Assembly (NCBI RefSeq): GCF_003334405.1
Contig: NZ_QOWM01000011.1
Source of the DNA: Escherichia coli
GTDB lineage: Bacteria > Pseudomonadota > Gammaproteobacteria > Enterobacterales > Enterobacteriaceae
Length of the DNA: 64,000 nt
Reading direction: 5' to 3' (one strand)
Shown: positions 45,310-57,042 of the stretch, one piece after another
How the letters are laid out: each line of letters begins with the position of its first letter
Position numbering within the stretch: the stretch's first letter is position 1
Translations under genes and position numbers: made by a program
Notes under the pieces: model-generated
What the model saw: only the letters and a program-made list of their open reading frames with translations
Databases searched by the model: none
Told to the model about the DNA's origin: nothing

Positions 45310-46695
45310 TTACTTGCCTGTGACCGCTGCTGCCGTTCCTGGCACCATCAGCTCTGTAGCAACGATAACAATCACCAAACCAACAAGCACCGGTACCGAG
45401 GTGCGTTTTACGACTTCAAACGGCGAGATCTTCGCCATCCCGGCAACCGCAACGACTACGCCAGAAACGGGCGAAAGGGTACGGCCAAGGTTTGACGCCT
45501 GCAGCATCGGGATAGTCAAATACGCCGGGTTAATGCCGGAAGAGTGCGCCAGTTTCGGGATCATCTCAACAAACGCATAAAACGGCGCATTGCCTGAACC
45601 GGTCGTGACTGCCGCCAGCATTGTCAGAATCACCAATACCAGCATCAGGATGATACTCGCCGAACCAAACGAGGTAGCGATAGAAATCAGACTTTGAATA
45701 AAGCCGATGGTGCTAAGCCCCTGAGCGAATACCCCAGCGGCAACCAGCAGCATCACCACGTTAGCAAACGCATCTGCCATCCCGCGATAAGCCACTTCCA
45801 GACCAGAGAAAACTTTCTGGGTATTAAAGCTGCGGAGGAACTCCAGAATGGAGGCAATCAGCATACAAATCACCAGAATAGTGATGATGTGTAATTGCGG
45901 ACCCCATTTACCGTCAAAAATCAGTACACCGATGATCGGCGTGAACGGCAAAATGGCATAAAACGCAGGAGCAGTGGTGGTGATTTCACTGACATCTAAC
46001 ATTTCATGAGAGATGTGCTCTTTTTTATCCAGATAACGTTGCCAGAAGAAGTGGGCGATCGCCATGCCGATAATTGCAGCAATTGAGATAGGCAGCGTCG
46101 TTTTGAAGGCGAAGTCAATCAGCGACATTTCGGAAGCTTGCGCCGCCAGCACCACATCCCCTGAAGTCGGTGCGAGAATAATCGCCGCCGGGGAGGCACA
46201 AATGGCAGCAGCTGCGCCACGACTGATACCAACGTTTACCATCACCGGAAATAGGGTTGCCATCAGCAAAACACCCAGACCGGTTGCGGAAGAGACGGCC
46301 AGAGACATCAGACAGGCGACAAAATAGGCGGCAATCATCAGCAGGTAAGGGGAGTTAATATACTGCAATGGTTTTGACGCCAGCTTGACCACCATATCAT
46401 TCGCGCCGATATGGGTCATGTAAGCGGCAAATCCACACAGCATCATAATCATCATGCCGAGGTCGCCGCCGCGGCTCATTAGTAATATTTTAACGTATTC
46501 AACGATATCCGTGGCGCTGTAGCCTGTTGAAGCCTGGCTGGACGGTAACACTTTGTGCCCCATAATGGCACTGATAATCAGCAATAACAGGCCACCGACA
46601 AATAACACACCAGTGGCGGAATACCCTTTAATGATGTAGCGAGCTACACCCACAATAACCACAACCCCAATAAGGAGCTCAATGAATGTCAGCAT
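45310..46695 (-). CDS. dcuC: Anaerobic C4-dicarboxylate transporter (461 aa)
   Basis: Polytopic membrane protein MLTFIELLIGVVVIVGVARYIIKGY...; matches DcuC; intact, with no IS interruption. Confidence 0.9.
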   Translation of the reverse strand: MLTFIELLIGVVVIVGVARYIIKGYSATGVLFVGGLLLLIISAIMGHKVLPSSQASTGYSATDIVEYVKILLMSRGGDLGMMIMMLCGFAAYMTHIGANDMVVKLASKPLQYINSPYLLMIAAYFVACLMSLAVSSATGLGVLLMATLFPVMVNVGISRGAAAAICASPAAIILAPTSGDVVLAAQASEMSLIDFAFKTTLPISIAAIIGMAIAHFFWQRYLDKKEHISHEMLDVSEITTTAPAFYAILPFTPIIGVLIFDGKWGPQLHIITILVICMLIASILEFLRSFNTQKVFSGLEVAYRGMADAFANVVMLLVAAGVFAQGLSTIGFIQSLISIATSFGSASIILMLVLVILTMLAAVTTGSGNAPFYAFVEMIPKLAHSSGINPAYLTIPMLQASNLGRTLSPVSGVVVAVAGMAKISPFEVVKRTSVPVLVGLVIVIVATELMVPGTAAAVTGK

Positions 46696-47283
46696 AATTT
46701 TTCCTGTCTCCAGGCCCCAAAGTAAATAATAAAAAATTCCTAAAGCTTAAGGAAAAAATATGCCCAATAAATTGGCGATGAATGCTGATTAAAATCAATA
46801 AAAACTGCCATTAAGACATTGAAGTTGCTGTTTTTATACATAGATAACAAAACGCATATTTAGCGGTTGGCAATTATCACATAATAATGTGTGCAAATTG
46901 ATGGTGGATTGATGCAAATTTGTTAATTGCAATGGTGTTAGCTGCGGCTGTGCGCTCAAAAAATAATCTAATATGAGCATAGGTTGACGATATATATTAT
47001 ATACTTCGTTAAGATGATTGTTGTATCTCGTTAAAAAATAAAATAATTTTTCCTTGATTGCATTTTGTCATCAAAAAAGACTTGGTTTTTCTTTTTTGAC
47101 TATTCCCATCGCAGAAAACGACGCATCATCTTTAATCGATGCGCGGAAATATTTAACTTGAACAAGCGGAAATAAATAGAGCAGCTATTCAGATTATTCT
47201 TTATGTTGGGTCTATTAAGGTTATGTTAATTGTAGCTTTGCTATGCTAGTAGTAGATTTTTGATAAATGTTTTATGGTCACAA

Positions 47284-47844
47284 ATGAACGTGAGTAAATA
47301 TGTCGCTATCTTTTCCTTTGTTTTTATTCAGTTAATCAGCGTTGGTAAAGTTTTTGCTAACGCAGATGAGTGGATGACAACGTTTAGAGAAAATATTGCA
47401 CAAACCTGGCAACAGCCTGAACATTATGATTTATATATTCCTGCCATCACCTGGCATGCACGTTTCGCTTACGACAAAGAAAAAACCGATCGCTATAACG
47501 AGCGACCGTGGGGTGGCGGTTTTGGCCTGTCGCGTTGGGATGAAAAAGGAAACTGGCATGGCCTGTATGCCATGGCATTTAAGGACTCGTGGAACAAATG
47601 GGAACCGATTGCCGGATACGGATGGGAAAGTACCTGGCGACCGCTGGCGGATGAAAATTTTCATTTAGGTCTGGGATTCACCGCTGGCGTAACGGCACGC
47701 GATAACTGGAATTACATCCCTCTCCCGGTTCTACTGCCATTGGCCTCCGTGGGTTATGGCCCAGTGACTTTTCAGATGACCTACATTCCGGGTACCTACA
47801 ACAATGGCAATGTGTACTTTGCCTGGATGCGCTTTCAGTTTTGA
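47284..47844 (+). CDS. pagP: Outer-membrane lipid A palmitoyltransferase (186 aa)
   Basis: [30 protein letters not shown]... matches PagP/CrcA; the track ORF is extended 8 codons. Confidence 0.9.
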   Translation: MNVSKYVAIFSFVFIQLISVGKVFANADEWMTTFRENIAQTWQQPEHYDLYIPAITWHARFAYDKEKTDRYNERPWGGGFGLSRWDEKGNWHGLYAMAFKDSWNKWEPIAGYGWESTWRPLADENFHLGLGFTAGVTARDNWNYIPLPVLLPLASVGYGPVTFQMTYIPGTYNNGNVYFAWMRFQF

Positions 47845-48018
47845 GACAAATGAAGTTTTAGTAACTTCTTTAAAATCAATAGCTAAAATAAGTAACATCA
47901 AAAATAACGCGACTTTTATCACTTTTTAGTAAAGTTACACTGGACAAAGCGTACCACAATTGGTGTACTGGTAACCGACACAGCATTTGTGTCTATTTTT
48001 CATGTAAAGGTAATTTTG

Positions 48019-48228
48019 ATGTCTAAGATTAAAGGTAACGTTAAGTGGTTTAATGAGTCCAAAGGATTCGGTTTCATTACTCCGGAAGACGGCAGCAAAG
48101 ACGTGTTCGTACACTTCTCTGCAATCCAGACTAATGGTTTTAAAACTCTTGCTGAAGGTCAGCGCGTAGAGTTCGAAATCACTAACGGTGCCAAAGGCCC
48201 TTCTGCTGCAAACGTAATCGCTCTGTAA
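48019..48228 (+). CDS. cspE: Cold-shock-domain protein E (69 aa)
   Basis: [37 protein letters not shown]... has RNP1/RNP2 motifs; the track ORF is extended 10 codons. Confidence 0.95.
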
Positions 48229-48248
48229 GATACGTCAGCAAGAATTCA

Positions 48249-48277
48249 AAACCCGCTTAATCAGCGGGTTTTTTTTG
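48249..48277 (+). terminator. Rho-independent terminator downstream of cspE
   Basis: AACCCGCTTAATCAGCGGGTT hairpin followed by T8; it could also act bidirectionally for crcB. Confidence 0.7.
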
Positions 48278-48281
48278 GTCT

Positions 48282-48665
48282 TTAGTGTGCGGTTGAGGCC
48301 GAAAACAGCCAGAATGCCAGTGCGGTCATGGCAAAAGACCCCAGAAGGTTGACGAAAACGTTCAGTAATGCCCAGCCAAAGCGGCCCTCTTGTAACAAAA
48401 ACACCACTTCTGCCGAAAATGTTGAGAAGGTTGTTAGACCGCCACAAAATCCGGTGGTGATTAATACTTTCCACACTGGATCAATGTTCGTCATCCTGCT
48501 GAACCATGCGAATCCTATTCCTATGATGAATGCCCCAATCAGGTTTGCTGTCAGCGTCCCCAACGGAATCGCCTGATGCAGTGGGTTAAATCGCATACTT
48601 AACAGCCATCTCGCCACGCTTCCCGTACCACCGCCAATAAAAACTGCTAAAAGAAGTTGTAACAC
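48282..48665 (-). CDS. crcB: Fluoride ion channel (127 aa)
   Basis: Small 4-TM protein [23 protein letters not shown]... matches CrcB/FluC. Confidence 0.9.
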   Translation of the reverse strand: MLQLLLAVFIGGGTGSVARWLLSMRFNPLHQAIPLGTLTANLIGAFIIGIGFAWFSRMTNIDPVWKVLITTGFCGGLTTFSTFSAEVVFLLQEGRFGWALLNVFVNLLGSFAMTALAFWLFSASTAH

Positions 48666-48751
48666 TGCAAAATCCTGCTATTTGATTTGTATGAGTGATA
48701 AGTGTAACGCCGAATAATCGTCGTTGGCGAATTTTACGACTCTGACAGGAG

Positions 48752-49545
48752 GTGGCAATGCTGGTTGCCGCAGGACAGTTTGCTGTTACATCTGTGTGGG
48801 AAAAGAACGCTGAGATTTGTGCCTCGTTGATGGCGCAGGCGGCGGAAAACGACGTATCGCTGTTTGTCCTGCCGGAAGCATTGCTGGCGCGCGATGATCA
48901 TGATGCAGATCTATCGGTTAAATCAGCACAGCTGCTGGAAGGCGAATTCCTCGGACTTTACGGCGAGAAAGTAAACGTAACATGATGACGACAATTCTGA
49001 CGATTCATGTTCCTTCAACGCCGGGGCGCGCATGGAATATGCTGGTGGCACTTCAGGCAGGAAACATCGTCGCCCGTTATGCCAAACTGCATCTCTATGA
49101 TGCATTTGCCATTCAGGAATCACGCCGTGTTGATGCTGGTAATGAAATCGCTCCGTTACTGGAGGTGGAAGGGATGAAGGTCGGTCTGATGACCTGTTAT
49201 GACTTACGCTTTCCAGAGCTGGCGCTGGCACAGGCATTACAGGGAGCTGAAATCCTGGTACTTCCTGCCGCCTGGGTTCGCGGGCCGCTCAAAGAGCATC
49301 ACTGGTCAACGCTGCTTGCCGCTCGTGCGCTGGATACCACCTGTTATATGGTGGCGGCGGGGGAGTGCGGGAACAAAAATATCGGTCAAAGCCGGATTAT
49401 AGATCCCTTTGGCGTCACCATTGCGGCAGCGTCAGAAATGCCTGCACTCATTATGGCGGAAGTGACGCCCGAACGTGTGCGTCAGGTGCGCGCGCAACTG
49501 CCCGTCTTAAACAACCGTCGCTTTGCGCCGCCGCAATTATTATGA
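48752..49545 (+). pseudogene. ybeM: Frameshifted carbon-nitrogen hydrolase (nitrilase superfamily) gene
   Basis: Two co-directional ORFs in different frames (48752-48985 and 48982-49545) together span a Nit-like protein with catalytic cysteine context ([10 protein letters not shown]); the frame break lies near 48940-48985. Confidence 0.75.
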
Positions 49546-49673
49546 TGTTTTTTTACTCGGCGCTTGATTCACCTTGTTACAGATTGCTATTGTGTGCGCG
49601 CGTCGAATGACCGTTAATATTCTCTGGTTTTTAAGGCGCGTTCTGTTGCCGGTTATATGTCAAGAAGGTATCT

Positions 49674-49877
49674 ATGGGTGAGATTAGTATTACCAAACTG
49701 CTGGTAGTTGCGGCGCTGGTCGTTCTGCTGTTTGGGACTAAGAAGTTACGTACGCTGGGCGGAGACCTTGGAGCGGCCATTAAAGGGTTCAAGAAGGCGA
49801 TGAATGATGACGATGCTGCGGCGAAAAAAGGCGCAGACGTTGATCTTCAGGCTGAAAAGCTCTCTCATAAAGAGTGA
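49674..49877 (+). CDS. tatE: Twin-arginine translocase subunit, TatA paralogue (67 aa)
   Basis: [43 protein letters not shown]... matches TatE. Confidence 0.92.
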   Translation: MGEISITKLLVVAALVVLLFGTKKLRTLGGDLGAAIKGFKKAMNDDDAAAKKGADVDLQAEKLSHKE

Positions 49878-49916
49878 CGTGGCGAGCAGGACGCTCCCTC
49901 AATATCTTGTTCGATA

Positions 49917-49948
49917 CAAAAAACCCGCTTCAAAAAGCGGGTTTTTTA
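49917..49948. terminator. Bidirectional rho-independent terminator between convergent tatE and lipA
   Basis: AAAAAACCCGCTTCAAAAAGCGGGTTTTTTAT: a hairpin flanked by an A-run and a T-run. Confidence 0.65.
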
Positions 49949-49977
49949 TCAGACAGATGTAAGTAATTATTACAGGA

Positions 49978-50943
49978 TTACTTAACTTCCATCCCTTTCG
50001 CCTGCAAATCGGCGTGGTAAGAAGAGCGGACAAACGGACCGCATGCAGCATGGGTAAAGCCCATCGCCAGCGCTTCGGCTTTCATTTCGTCGAACTCATC
50101 CGGGCTAACGTAACGTTGAACCGGCAGGTGATGGCGGCTTGGCTGCAAATATTGCCCCAGCGTTAACATCGTCACACCATGACGGCGCAGGTCGCGCATT
50201 ACCTCAATAATTTCTTCATTGGTTTCACCCAGTCCCACCATCAGACCAGACTTGGTCGGGATTTCCGGATGCGCTTCTTTAAAGCGTTCCAGCAGCTTCA
50301 GCGACCAGTTGTAATCTGCACCAGGCCGTACCTGACGGTAAATACGCGGTACGTTTTCCAGGTTATGGTTGAACACATCTGGTGGCGTTGCAGTCAGAAT
50401 ATCCAGAGCACGATCCATACGACCGCGGAAATCCGGCACCAGAGTTTCAATTTTGATTTGCGGGCTTTTTTCCCGAATGGCAGTAATGCAATCCGCAAAG
50501 TGCTGGGCACCGCCATCGCGCAGGTCATCACGGTCAACGGAGGTGATAACCACATAACGCAGCGCCATATCGGCAATGGTCTGAGCCAGTTTCACTGGTT
50601 CATTGGCATCAGGAGCTACCGGGCGACCGTGGGCAACATCACAGAACGGACAACGGCGGGTACAAATAGCGCCGAGGATCATAAACGTTGCTGTGCCGTG
50701 GTTGAAGCATTCCGCCAGGTTAGGGCAGGAGGCTTCCTCGCAGACAGAATGCAGGCCATTTTTGCGCATTGCGGCTTTGATGCCCTGGATACGTGTAGAG
50801 TCCGCTGGAAGCTTGATTTTCATCCATTCCGGCTTGCGCAGCAGGGCTTCGCGCTCTGTTGCCACGTTTTTAACCGGGATAAGGGCCATCTTATCGGCAT
50901 CGCGGTATTTAACACCGCGTTCCATCACAATGGGTTTACTCAT
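49978..50943 (-). CDS. lipA: Lipoyl synthase, radical SAM (321 aa)
   Basis: Radical-SAM CxxxCxxC (CTRRCPFC) plus N-terminal auxiliary-cluster cysteines; matches LipA. Confidence 0.95.
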
Positions 50944-51151
50944 AGCGTGCGTGTTCCAGTTGCGAATTACGAAGGAAAGCGTTTCAATTCAATAGATTGT
51001 TGTAATTATCAACTATTTTTGAATTAACGACTGGCAGTATATCATTGAAACGGACCTGAAAGCAGCCAAAGCGGTCGCGAAAATGTAAAATTGTTGTTGG
51101 ATTGTGCCATTTTATCGTTCTGCGCTGTGATCTGGCTGTAACAATACTTTT

Positions 51152-52105
51152 TCAAAATGCATTACGGATAACATCTATTACTCCGTGCAGGATGGGATCA
51201 CGCAGGCTGAATTTGTTGTAGTGGATAGAGAAATCTATTTGCTCCTCATTTAAGGACGGAAAAGGCAGTTTTTCCAGCGGCCAGCAGCGGCTAAACAGGT
51301 TATAAAAACGGCTGGGAATAATCGCTAACATGTCACTGTTGGCAACCAGTGCAGCGATTGTCAAAATGTTGTAGCTGGTGAAATTGATTTGCCGGTCCGG
51401 AAACATTTCTTGAACTCTCTGCCGCAGACCGCTGAAATTTTGCTCTTCCGGTAACAGAAGTACATGCGCAGCGTTGTCGATAGTCTCTCTGTCATCTTCT
51501 AAAGAGAGTAGTGGATTTCCCTCGCGGCAAATTAACACCATATTGTCGGTGAACAGAACATGATGTTGCACCGTACGATTGGTGCAAAACATGTTATCGA
51601 TGATGAGATCGGTTTGAAACTGACTGAGTTGGTTTTCCGCGTCGCTGATGGGCGGGTTGCGCAGTAAAAGCTGCGGATAGTGAGTTTTAATCGCCCGATA
51701 GATGACAGGAAGGACCAGTGCTCCGACCGAGGGAGTGGTCGCAATAGTTATCGTTCGTTGCTTATCATAGCTTCCTTCGATATCCAGCGCGCCAAGAATG
51801 GACTCAAGGCCCTGACTGATATACTCATGTAGATGCATCGCAAATGCGGTAGGAGTGACACCCTGGCCTTTGCGAATAAACAATGGGTCAGGGAATATAA
51901 CGCGCAGTTTCTGAATAGACTGACTGATTGCCGAGGGGGTCAGATTAAGCACTTTCGCTGCATTAACGATCCCTTTATGTACATATACAGCTTCAAAAAT
52001 AGTCAGAAGGTTAAGATCAATATTTCGTAAGGTTGTAAATATTTGTGGTTTACCTTCTGACGACTTTCTGCTTAAACAGGGTTCAATTTGATTATTACTA
52101 TCCAC
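51152..52105 (-). CDS. ybeF: LysR-family transcriptional regulator (317 aa)
   Basis: N-terminal HTH (LNLLTIFEAVYVHKGIVNAAKVLNLTPSAISQSIQKLR); AT-rich coding sequence. Confidence 0.82.
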   Translation of the reverse strand: MDSNNQIEPCLSRKSSEGKPQIFTTLRNIDLNLLTIFEAVYVHKGIVNAAKVLNLTPSAISQSIQKLRVIFPDPLFIRKGQGVTPTAFAMHLHEYISQGLESILGALDIEGSYDKQRTITIATTPSVGALVLPVIYRAIKTHYPQLLLRNPPISDAENQLSQFQTDLIIDNMFCTNRTVQHHVLFTDNMVLICREGNPLLSLEDDRETIDNAAHVLLLPEEQNFSGLRQRVQEMFPDRQINFTSYNILTIAALVANSDMLAIIPSRFYNLFSRCWPLEKLPFPSLNEEQIDFSIHYNKFSLRDPILHGVIDVIRNAF

Positions 52106-52363
52106 GCACTTACTCCAATTTTATTCATGGAAAAATAATATTTAAAAAATTACAATAATCTTATGTCTAATTGGAACGGAACGCTTTTGCTCACCATAAT
52201 CAACTATTTCAATAGGTTAATCAATGGGGTGAGTTACGGAGCAAGGCGTGGCACCGCATTTCTGCAAGTGATAAAGAAAATATACAAACGCGAAGGAGAT
52301 GTAAAGCATTAGCAGATATTATGAGTAATGACCCAGTGTAAATTGGGCCATTGATGTATGGAA

Positions 52364-53005
52364 TTAAGCGGTAATATATTCGAAGTCCGGATTGTTTAGT
52401 AGCGCTAAAATATTTTCCAGTAAACGTGGAGCAATATTATTAGTCGTCGCTTCGGGTTTCCATTGTGATATTTTAGCCATTTCCATTCCGGCATACCCAC
52501 AAGGATTAATACGTAAAAATGGTGAAAGATCCATATTGACGTTTAATGCCAGACCGTGGAATGAACAACCGCGTCGAATACGTAAACCCAGTGAGCAAAT
52601 TTTCTTTTCCCCAACATAGACACCTGGCGCGTCAGCCCGAGGATGCGCTTCTATACCCAGTTCAGCCAGGGTATTCACCACTGTTTGCTCAAGCAAGGTC
52701 ACCAGTTCACGCACACCGAGTTTACGGCGTTTCAGGTTAAGCAACACATACATCACCTGTTGCCCCGGCCCGTGATAAGTCACCTGCCCACCGCGATCGC
52801 TCTGGATCACCGGAATATCACCCGGCATTAAAATGTGCTCCGCTTTTCCTGCCTGACCTTGGGTGAATACCGGATAGTGCTCGACCAGCCAGATTTCATC
52901 AAGGGTACTATCATCGCGGGTATCGGTGAATTCATGCATAGCCTGGGAGATTGGCTCGTAAGGCTGAAGACCGAGCTGGCGGACAAGAATTTTATCCTGA
53001 TACAA
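52364..53005 (-). CDS. lipB: Octanoyl-[ACP]:protein N-octanoyltransferase (213 aa)
   Basis: [32 protein letters not shown]... matches LipB. Confidence 0.92.
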
Positions 53006-53105
53006 AACGGCATCTCCGTGGAGAATGAGTAAAAGTGGGGGAAAAGTATATCACAGCGAGGAGAGGGGAGTTACCCGACCAGGAGCCGGGTAACGGAGAA
53101 GCGAG

Positions 53106-53369
53106 TTACAGAACCATGCGGACAATATCGATTTTGCCCAGTTCTTCATACAGTGTTTCAACCTGCTCGATATGAGTGGCGTTGATAGTGATAGATACCG
53201 AGTGGTAGTTGCCTTTGCTGCTTGGTTTTACCGTTGGGGTGTAGTCACCTGGCGCATGGCGCTGTACCACTTCAACCACCTGATCAACCAGCTCAGGTAA
53301 CGCCTGCCCCATAACTTTGTAAGTAAAAGGAGTAGGGAATTCAAGCAGTTCGTTAAGTTTGGTTTTCAT
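53106..53369 (-). CDS. ybeD: UPF0250-family protein (87 aa)
   Basis: [43 protein letters not shown]... matches YbeD. Confidence 0.9.
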
Positions 53370-53399
53370 GTCAGCTCCGGCGTAACGTAATTAAATAGC

Positions 53400-53426
53400 A
53401 ACTCCCGCCAGAAGGCGGGAGTTTTT
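53400..53426 (-). terminator. Hairpin terminator between dacA and ybeD
   Basis: CTCCCGCCAGAAGGCGGGAG hairpin flanked by an A-run upstream and T6 downstream on the plus strand; strand assignment is uncertain and it may be bidirectional. Confidence 0.45.
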
Positions 53427-53478
53427 TACTGATGCTTAGTATATGGGGACGGAAATTACACTTTCAAGTGTTTAATTT

Positions 53479-54690
53479 TTAACCAAACCAGTGATGGAAC
53501 ATTAATTTAATGTAATCAATGATTTTGCCGAAGAAGTTACCTTCCGGGATTTCTTGCAACACAACCAGCGGGCGTTGCTCGATCGTTTTGCCATCAAGCT
53601 GGAAGTTGATAGTTCCGACGACCTGATTCTTTTGCAGCGGCGCATGCAATTCACTGCTGTTCAGCACATAGCTGGCTTTCAGATCTTTCATGCGACCACG
53701 CGGAATGGTCAGGTACACGTCTTTATCAACCCCTAACGAAGCGCGATCAGAATCACCAAACCAAACCGGTTCAGAGGCGAACTCTTTACCTACTTTCAGT
53801 GGGTTAACGGTTTCAAAGAAACGGAAGCCCCAGGTTAGCAGTTTTTTACTTTCGGCTTCACGGCCTTTAAAAGTACGTCCGCCCATTACCGCAGAAATCA
53901 AGCGCATCTGGCCTTCAGTCGCAGAAGCAACAAGGTTGTAACCTGCTTTGTCAGTGTGTCCGGTTTTGATGCCGTCGACATTCAGGCTGTTATCCCATAA
54001 CAGGCCGTTACGGTTCAGCTGGCGAATACCGTTAAACGTAAATTCTTTTTCTTTATAGATCGAGTATTCATTCGGTACGTCACGGATCAATGCCTGGCCG
54101 ATCAGCGCCATATCTCGCGCGGAGCTGTACTGACCATCAGCATCCAGACCATGTACCGTCTGGAAGTGGGTATTTTTCAGGCCCAGTGCGTTAACGTAGC
54201 TGTTCATCAAGCCAACAAAAGCGTCCTGGCTACCAGCGGCAAAATCGGCCATGGCGACACAAGCATCGTTACCCGATTGCAGGTTAATACCGCGGATCAG
54301 CTGAGAAACCGGAACCTGCATGCCCGGTTTGAGGAACATCAGCGAAGAACCTTTAAACACCGGGTTACCGGTGGCCCATGCGTCGTTGCCGATAGTGACT
54401 AAATCAGTTTCTTTAAATTTACCGGCTTTCATTGCCTGGCCGATAACGTAACTGGTCATCATTTTGGTCAGGCTGGCAGGATCGCGGCGGACATCTGCGT
54501 TCTGTTCGGCGAGCACTTTGCCGGAGTTATAGTCAATCAGGATGTAGGACTCCGCATCGATCTGCGGTACACCCGGGATCATAGTTTTGATATTCAGGTC
54601 ATCGGCATGTGCAGCAGAGATAAAGGCTGTGCAAAGAGCCGTGGTGAGCGCCAGGCGCTTCATGATACGAGCGGAAAAAATGGTATTCAT
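53479..54690 (-). CDS. dacA: D-alanyl-D-alanine carboxypeptidase, penicillin-binding protein 5 (403 aa)
   Basis: [29 protein letters not shown] signal peptide and SxxK active site (SLTKMM); the track ORF is extended 24 codons. Confidence 0.92.
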
Positions 54691-54828
54691 GGTCTGAACT
54701 ACGACATCCGTGATGGAATTAAAAAAGTGCCCTACTATAGCAAATGCACTACCGGCAGGCATCTGACTTTCCGCGTGACTTTGTTAACGTCATTTACAGA
54801 AATTGACACATCAGATGCCTGCTTTACG

Positions 54829-55917
54829 CTACTGCGCGGTAGTAATAAATGACTGTAATTGGGCTTCGGTTTGCAAACGTTGCTGCAAGGTACTGGCTTC
54901 GGCTTTGCTGGCGAATGGGCCAAGCTGGATCCGCCAGACCGCGCCATTTTGAGTTACGCGACCGGGGACGCCGAACTTCTGTCCCAGTTGCTGTTGGTAC
55001 TGTTGCGCACGAGCCTGATCGCTTACGGCCCCGACTTGCACCATAAAGTTGCCGCTGGCGCTTTGCGAGACGGCTTGCGGTGTCACCATTGCAGGCGAGG
55101 TTGCAGGCGTTGTCGACGGAGCTGTAACAACGGGCTGTGGCGCAGGCGTCGGTTCGCTGCCTTCCAGTACACCAGGCGCTAAGGTCGTTGGTGCGCCGAG
55201 GAAACCGCTACTGGTTACCGGCGCGCCGGTCGGATCTTCGCTTTTTAGCGTCGAATTACTGACCGGAAGAATGTCACCCTGCGGGCCAGACACTGAACTT
55301 GTTCCCGCGCCACCGCTTAAATCGGGAGGTGCAGGCAGGGCGTAAGTCTGTTTGGCGACTGTGGTACAAGCCATACCAGGACCAGAAAGCGAACCATCCT
55401 GGGCAACAATAATCGGATCGATACGAACTTTGGTGTTGTTTGACGTGTTAAGACGGTCAGCTGCCGCGCGAGAAAGTGAAATAACGCGGTCGTTGCCGTA
55501 AGGGCCGCGATCATTAATGCGCACCACGATCATTCGCCCGTTAGCCAGGTTAGTGATTCTGGCGTAGCTGGGGATCGGAAGCGTTGGATGGGCTGCCGTC
55601 AGCTGTGTCGGATCGAATGCTTCGCCAGAGGCCGTCAGGTTACTGCCGGGTTCGGCATCATAGATTGCCGCCAGTCCCGCCTGGCTAAATCGAGACGGAT
55701 CCTGCACGATTTTGTAGCTTTTACCGTCGCGCTGGTAATCCTGATTTGCCGTCGCGTTCAGTGGTTCGAAACGCGGGTCCGCCCCGCTAATTTCAACTAT
55801 AGGGCCGTTACATACCGCAGGCTGCGGTACACTTACCGTCTGTTGCTGACCATCATCGCTTGTACATGCCGCGAGCATTCCTGCCGCGATGCAGATCCCG
55901 AGCCACTGCTTACGCAT
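54829..55917 (-). CDS. rlpA: Septal-ring lytic transglycosylase, rare lipoprotein A (362 aa)
   Basis: Lipoprotein signal (LAACTS), Pro/Thr-rich linker and C-terminal SPOR domain; matches RlpA. Confidence 0.92.
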   Translation of the reverse strand: MRKQWLGICIAAGMLAACTSDDGQQQTVSVPQPAVCNGPIVEISGADPRFEPLNATANQDYQRDGKSYKIVQDPSRFSQAGLAAIYDAEPGSNLTASGEAFDPTQLTAAHPTLPIPSYARITNLANGRMIVVRINDRGPYGNDRVISLSRAAADRLNTSNNTKVRIDPIIVAQDGSLSGPGMACTTVAKQTYALPAPPDLSGGAGTSSVSGPQGDILPVSNSTLKSEDPTGAPVTSSGFLGAPTTLAPGVLEGSEPTPAPQPVVTAPSTTPATSPAMVTPQAVSQSASGNFMVQVGAVSDQARAQQYQQQLGQKFGVPGRVTQNGAVWRIQLGPFASKAEASTLQQRLQTEAQLQSFITTAQ

Positions 55918-55927
55918 TGCGCACCTC

Positions 55928-57040
55928 TTACACGCTTTTCGACAACATTTTCCTGTGGGTGTGGATTGACATTACAATCCCGAACCCAGCCATCAGCACA
56001 ATTAGCGCCGATCCTCCATAACTGACCAGTGGGAGCGGAACCCCTACAACCGGCAGAATACCGCTTACCATACCAATATTTACGAAGACATAAACGAATA
56101 ATATCAGCATTAAGCCGCCAGCCATGACGCGACCAAAGGTGGTTTGCGCTCTGGCGGCTATCCACAGCCCGCGCATGATCAGCAGAATGTAGAGAGCGAG
56201 CAGAATCAGAATGCCCACTAATCCCAGCTCTTCCGCCAGTACCGCGAAGATAAAGTCAGTATGGCGTTCGGGGAGAAATTCAAGCTGTGACTGAGTGCCG
56301 TGCAGCCAGCCTTTGCCGCGTAATCCGCCGGAGCCAATAGCAATTTTAGACTGAATAATGTGATAGCCCGCGCCGAGTGGGTCTGATTCCGGGTCCAGGA
56401 GCATCATTACGCGCTGGCGCTGGTAATCATGCATCAGGAAGAACCACAGAATCGGAATGAACGCCGCTACCAGCACTACTGCGACGCCAATCAGACGCCA
56501 GCTAAGGCCAGAGAGGAACAGTACAAACAGACCGGAAAGCGCAACGAGGATTGATGTTCCCAGGTCAGGCTGTGCAGCCACCAGCAGCGTGGGCATAAAT
56601 ATCAGCACCAGCGCGATGCCAGTGTTCTTCAACGATGGCGGGCAAACGTCGCGGTTGATAAAGCGCGCAACCATCAGTGGTACGGCTATTTTGGCAATTT
56701 CCGACGGCTGAAAACGAACAATACCGAGGTCCAGCCAGCGTTGAGCACCTTTAGAGATGGCACCGAAAGCATCTACCGCCACCAGCAAAATAATACAGAT
56801 GATATAGAGATAGGGGGCCCAGCCTTCATAAACGCGTGGAGGAATTTGCGCCATCACCACCATGATGACCAGACCCATCGCGATTTGGCCGATTTTACGC
56901 TCCATCATGCCAATATCCTGACCGCTGGCGCTCCAGATAACCAGGGCGCTGTAAACCAGCAATGCCAGTAAGATCAGCAGCATTGTGGGATCGAGATGGA
57001 CTTTATCCCAGAATGTTTTTTTATTCGGATTATCCGTCAT
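55928..57040 (-). CDS. mrdB: SEDS-family peptidoglycan glycosyltransferase of the elongasome (370 aa)
   Basis: Polytopic membrane protein [31 protein letters not shown]...; matches RodA. Confidence 0.95.
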   Translation of the reverse strand: MTDNPNKKTFWDKVHLDPTMLLILLALLVYSALVIWSASGQDIGMMERKIGQIAMGLVIMVVMAQIPPRVYEGWAPYLYIICIILLVAVDAFGAISKGAQRWLDLGIVRFQPSEIAKIAVPLMVARFINRDVCPPSLKNTGIALVLIFMPTLLVAAQPDLGTSILVALSGLFVLFLSGLSWRLIGVAVVLVAAFIPILWFFLMHDYQRQRVMMLLDPESDPLGAGYHIIQSKIAIGSGGLRGKGWLHGTQSQLEFLPERHTDFIFAVLAEELGLVGILILLALYILLIMRGLWIAARAQTTFGRVMAGGLMLILFVYVFVNIGMVSGILPVVGVPLPLVSYGGSALIVLMAGFGIVMSIHTHRKMLSKSV

Positions 57041-57042
57041 GA

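Noticed and set aside
50179-51027. 282-aa plus-strand ORF
   Set aside because: Antisense to lipA; no recognisable domain and no plausible ribosome-binding site; shadow ORF.
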